DNA from: an uncultured Gammaproteobacteria bacterium
Lineage (GTDB): Bacteria > Patescibacteriota > Microgenomatia > Levybacterales > UBA12049
Direction: 5' to 3'
DNA: 64,000 bases
Assembly: GCA_964521295.1 (NCBI GenBank)
Contig: CAZFRF010000001.1
Location: forward strand, 577,016 to 641,015
Part shown: positions 61,450 through 64,000 of the stretch, piece by piece
How positions within the stretch are numbered: the first letter of the stretch is position 1
Layout: each line of letters begins with the position of its first letter
Made by a program: the position numbers and the translations under genes
Notes under the pieces: model-generated
What the model was told of the DNA's origin: nothing
The model's input: only the letters and a program-made list of their open reading frames with translations
The model's database searches: none

Positions 61450-63408
61450 TTACTTCTCGACTTGATAAATCACGTAGGTTGAATTGGAATAAATCTTTTT
61501 CAAATATTTTGTTTTATCAAAATTTGGAACCAGTTCTTTGCTAAAAATATAATCAACTTTATTTTTACGCAAATTGCTTATAACCATTTTTTCATAATAA
61601 GGAAATGCTGAAGTTGATGCTGAAACTGTCCTTAAGTGACCAAGATCCATTAATAAATTTATCCTCGGTTCTAAATCTAATCCTGGAAAATTAATGTACT
61701 CACTGTTAAAAAATGTTTTTCTATTCGCTAATGCTGTTACTGCAGGATTTGATTTTTCATACCATCCTTTTAGATCATTAAATTTAGATCCAGATTCTAT
61801 TGGAGGAAGCTCTAATACAGTCGAATTATAATTTCCTTGCTTACTTAAGAAATTCAGAGCTTGATAATAAGGACTGTTTAAAGAATTTTTCGCACTTAAA
61901 GTTATGGGATAACCCAAAACTCCCTCGAGAGTAGAAGGGATAGTAAGTATAAAAACTAAAACAATAAAAAATATTTTAATTAATTTATTTATTTTTAAAT
62001 CAATTAAATATCCAAATCCATAAGCTGCCAAAATAGCAGCAATAAATATGTAATAATTTGTGATTTGAATAATCTCAAAAACTTTTCCAGATTGAATAAA
62101 AAGCAAAGGAATTACTACAGAGATTAGCAACATGATAAAAATTGTATTCGCAAAAACTGAAGGTAGTTTTCTCTGTTTTATAAAAATTATCGGCAAAATT
62201 AATAACCCAATTAACCTAGTTCCTAAATTGCCTAAAATAAAAACATTAAAACCGTCAAACTCGAGTCCCAATATGCCCCTTAAAACATTTAGCCTCGTAT
62301 ACGTAGCTAGCTTCTCATCAAAACCATACCAACTAAAAGCCTCTAATATTCTATGAAATGGCCATAAGGGATAAAAAATTAAATAACCACTTCCTCCTGC
62401 AAATATCCAATAAGTTGCTAAAAAAATAATCCCTGTAAAAATTAAAGCAAAAAAAGGATAAATTCTTTTATGAATAAGCTCCCAAAAACTAAACAGCGTA
62501 AAACCTAAAACACCCACCATTCCAGCATAAACTTTAAACATTGAAATAATGCCTAAAGACAAAGACAAAGGTATAAGCCATTTATTATTTTTACTTTCTA
62601 TATATTCATATAGACAAAGTAGTATCACTAACAGGATTACAATGGATATTGATAATGGAGGGTTTTGTAAAGCTCCAAATGGTTGATTCATGCCATAACC
62701 CGCGCTCCAACTAAATCCACTATGCCCCTGAAGAGTTAAAAAATAAGCAAATCCTCCCCCAAAAAGAGTTAAAAATACCGCTATCAAAGAGGCAGAAATT
62801 TTTCTTGTCCATCTAAAAACTAATGAGTAAACCCCAAATCCCCAAGCAAGAGAAAATAAAACTGGAAAAAAATGAAAATGCAAAGATGCAGGCGAAACAA
62901 AAAATAGATTACTTACTTTAGCAAGCAATAAGTTATAGAAAAAATGATATCCTTTTAAGGCAACTCCTGCAAATCCCGGATTGTCAGGTGGGAAATTTAC
63001 CTTTAATTCATTTATTAAAGCTAAATGCCAAAAATCATCCTGCTTAATAATTATAGAATTGCCATAAATTCCTGTTATTAAAGCTGAGGTACTAAATAAA
63101 AGCGTTAAGAAAAGAACCAATAAAGAAGGCTTCAGATGTACTTTGTTAATTTTAGGAATTAGCATATTCTCTTTAATACTTAAAGCTCCAATTATTATCA
63201 GGACGGGAATTAATAAAATTTCTAAATGAACCCAGGAAAATAAGTAGATAAAAGAAGTAAATAGGATTATTCCGAAACTAGTAGGCAAAAAAATATTTGC
63301 TGGAAAGGATGCATTTAGCTTTAATTTATTTAAAATATAAACTCCAGGCGCATATAATCCAAAAACTACAAAAACTAAAAACCCGAAAATTTCCAATATA
63401 AAATTCAT
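61450..63408 (-). CDS. polytopic membrane protein, putative GT-C glycosyltransferase (paralog of 48649..50568)
   Basis: DDFWHLALI...PPDNPG...YHFFYNL; many TM helices. Confidence 0.7.
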   Translation of the reverse strand: MNFILEIFGFLVFVVFGLYAPGVYILNKLKLNASFPANIFLPTSFGIILFTSFIYLFSWVHLEILLIPVLIIIGALSIKENMLIPKINKVHLKPSLLVLFLTLLFSTSALITGIYGNSIIIKQDDFWHLALINELKVNFPPDNPGFAGVALKGYHFFYNLLLAKVSNLFFVSPASLHFHFFPVLFSLAWGFGVYSLVFRWTRKISASLIAVFLTLFGGGFAYFLTLQGHSGFSWSAGYGMNQPFGALQNPPLSISIVILLVILLCLYEYIESKNNKWLIPLSLSLGIISMFKVYAGMVGVLGFTLFSFWELIHKRIYPFFALIFTGIIFLATYWIFAGGSGYLIFYPLWPFHRILEAFSWYGFDEKLATYTRLNVLRGILGLEFDGFNVFILGNLGTRLIGLLILPIIFIKQRKLPSVFANTIFIMLLISVVIPLLFIQSGKVFEIIQITNYYIFIAAILAAYGFGYLIDLKINKLIKIFFIVLVFILTIPSTLEGVLGYPITLSAKNSLNSPYYQALNFLSKQGNYNSTVLELPPIESGSKFNDLKGWYEKSNPAVTALANRKTFFNSEYINFPGLDLEPRINLLMDLGHLRTVSASTSAFPYYEKMVISNLRKNKVDYIFSKELVPNFDKTKYLKKIYSNSTYVIYQVEK

Positions 63409-63484
63409 TACTTATTACATTATACATTTAACTTGCCGCATTCTACTACTTTATGTCTAGTTCTTTAAGATATAAAATAATCTC

Positions 63485-64000
63485 ATGATTGATGCTCACT
63501 GTCACTTAAATTTAAAGGGTTTTCAAGATGATATCGATGAAGTAATACAAAGAGCTAGGTTTGCAGGAGTCAATACCATTATTAATACCGGCACCAGTCT
63601 CGAATCAAGTAAGAAAGCCGTAGAGCTCGCAGAAAAATATGAGAATTTGTTTGCAATCGTCGGCATACATCCTCACCACGCAGATAAAATAAGTGGTGAT
63701 TGGATAAAAGAATTAGAGGATATTGCTTCTCATCCAAAAGTTGTAGGAATAGGCGAAGTGGGAATGGATTACTATAATTATTCTTCAAATGGAATAGTAG
63801 ATAAGAACTTACAAAAGGAAGTTTTTGAAAAACAAATTAAGTTATCAAGCAAATTAAAGCTACCCTTACAAATACACAATCGACATGCTGGAGAAGATGT
63901 AGTTAAAATCCTAGAAGAAAATAAAAACCTACTTTTACCCACTCCTGGAATGTTTCATTGCTTTGCAGCAACAGAGGAAATTTTGACAAAAATTATTGCG
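63485..64000 (+). CDS. tatD: TatD family hydrolase/DNase (partial, runs off the window)
   Basis: MIDAHCHL, VGIHPH, GIGEVGMDY, IHNR, MFHCF translated by hand from ATG 63485. Confidence 0.92.
   Translation, partial: MIDAHCHLNLKGFQDDIDEVIQRARFAGVNTIINTGTSLESSKKAVELAEKYENLFAIVGIHPHHADKISGDWIKELEDIASHPKVVGIGEVGMDYYNYSSNGIVDKNLQKEVFEKQIKLSSKLKLPLQIHNRHAGEDVVKILEENKNLLLPTPGMFHCFAATEEILTKIIA

Noticed and set aside
2257-63788. Numerous 60-147 aa antisense or alternate-frame ORFs in the ORF track
   Set aside because: They lie within well-supported genes, lack motifs and are expected shadows of the coding strand.
1-64000. Alternative genetic code (UGA = Gly) as in Gracilibacteria/SR1
   Set aside because: Conserved genes are full length under code 11 and several end properly at TGA (rnj, AMP phosphorylase).

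Overview
AT-rich, very gene-dense bacterial chromosome segment using the standard genetic code (TGA is used as a stop). Gene content points to a Patescibacteria/CPR genome, probably Microgenomates (inference): short IF2, short AlaRS/MetRS/HrcA/GrpE, a baseplate-J-like membrane protein next to a sortase, and an archaeal-type AMP phosphorylase. The window holds rpoB-rpoC-rpsL-rpsG-fusA; alaS-[cytoplasmic domain/baseplate-J-like]-sortase-smORF-AMP phosphorylase-mltG; nusA-infB-DHH-like-rpsO-pnp-[Lon AAA only]-rnj-ftsK-rodZ-like; a membrane-anchored Clp ATPase; hrcA-grpE-dnaK-glmS-dnaJ; metG, metK, an MFS transporter, trhO, an RND pump, GT-C-type membrane proteins and a partial tatD. No rRNA, tRNA, CRISPR array, integrase or transposase was seen. 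Strongest signals: (1) a compact SAM-I/SAM-I-IV-type riboswitch with promoter, terminator and antiterminator upstream of metK; (2) a terminator-like structured leader upstream of rpoB; (3) a variant CIRCE over the hrcA promoter; (4) at least 13 genes with a -10 box 6-7 nt before the start codon, suggesting leaderless mRNAs; (5) several stripped or re-purposed enzymes (protease-less Lon, degenerate DHH protein, membrane-tethered Clp). Family assignments come from motif recognition only; no database search was run.
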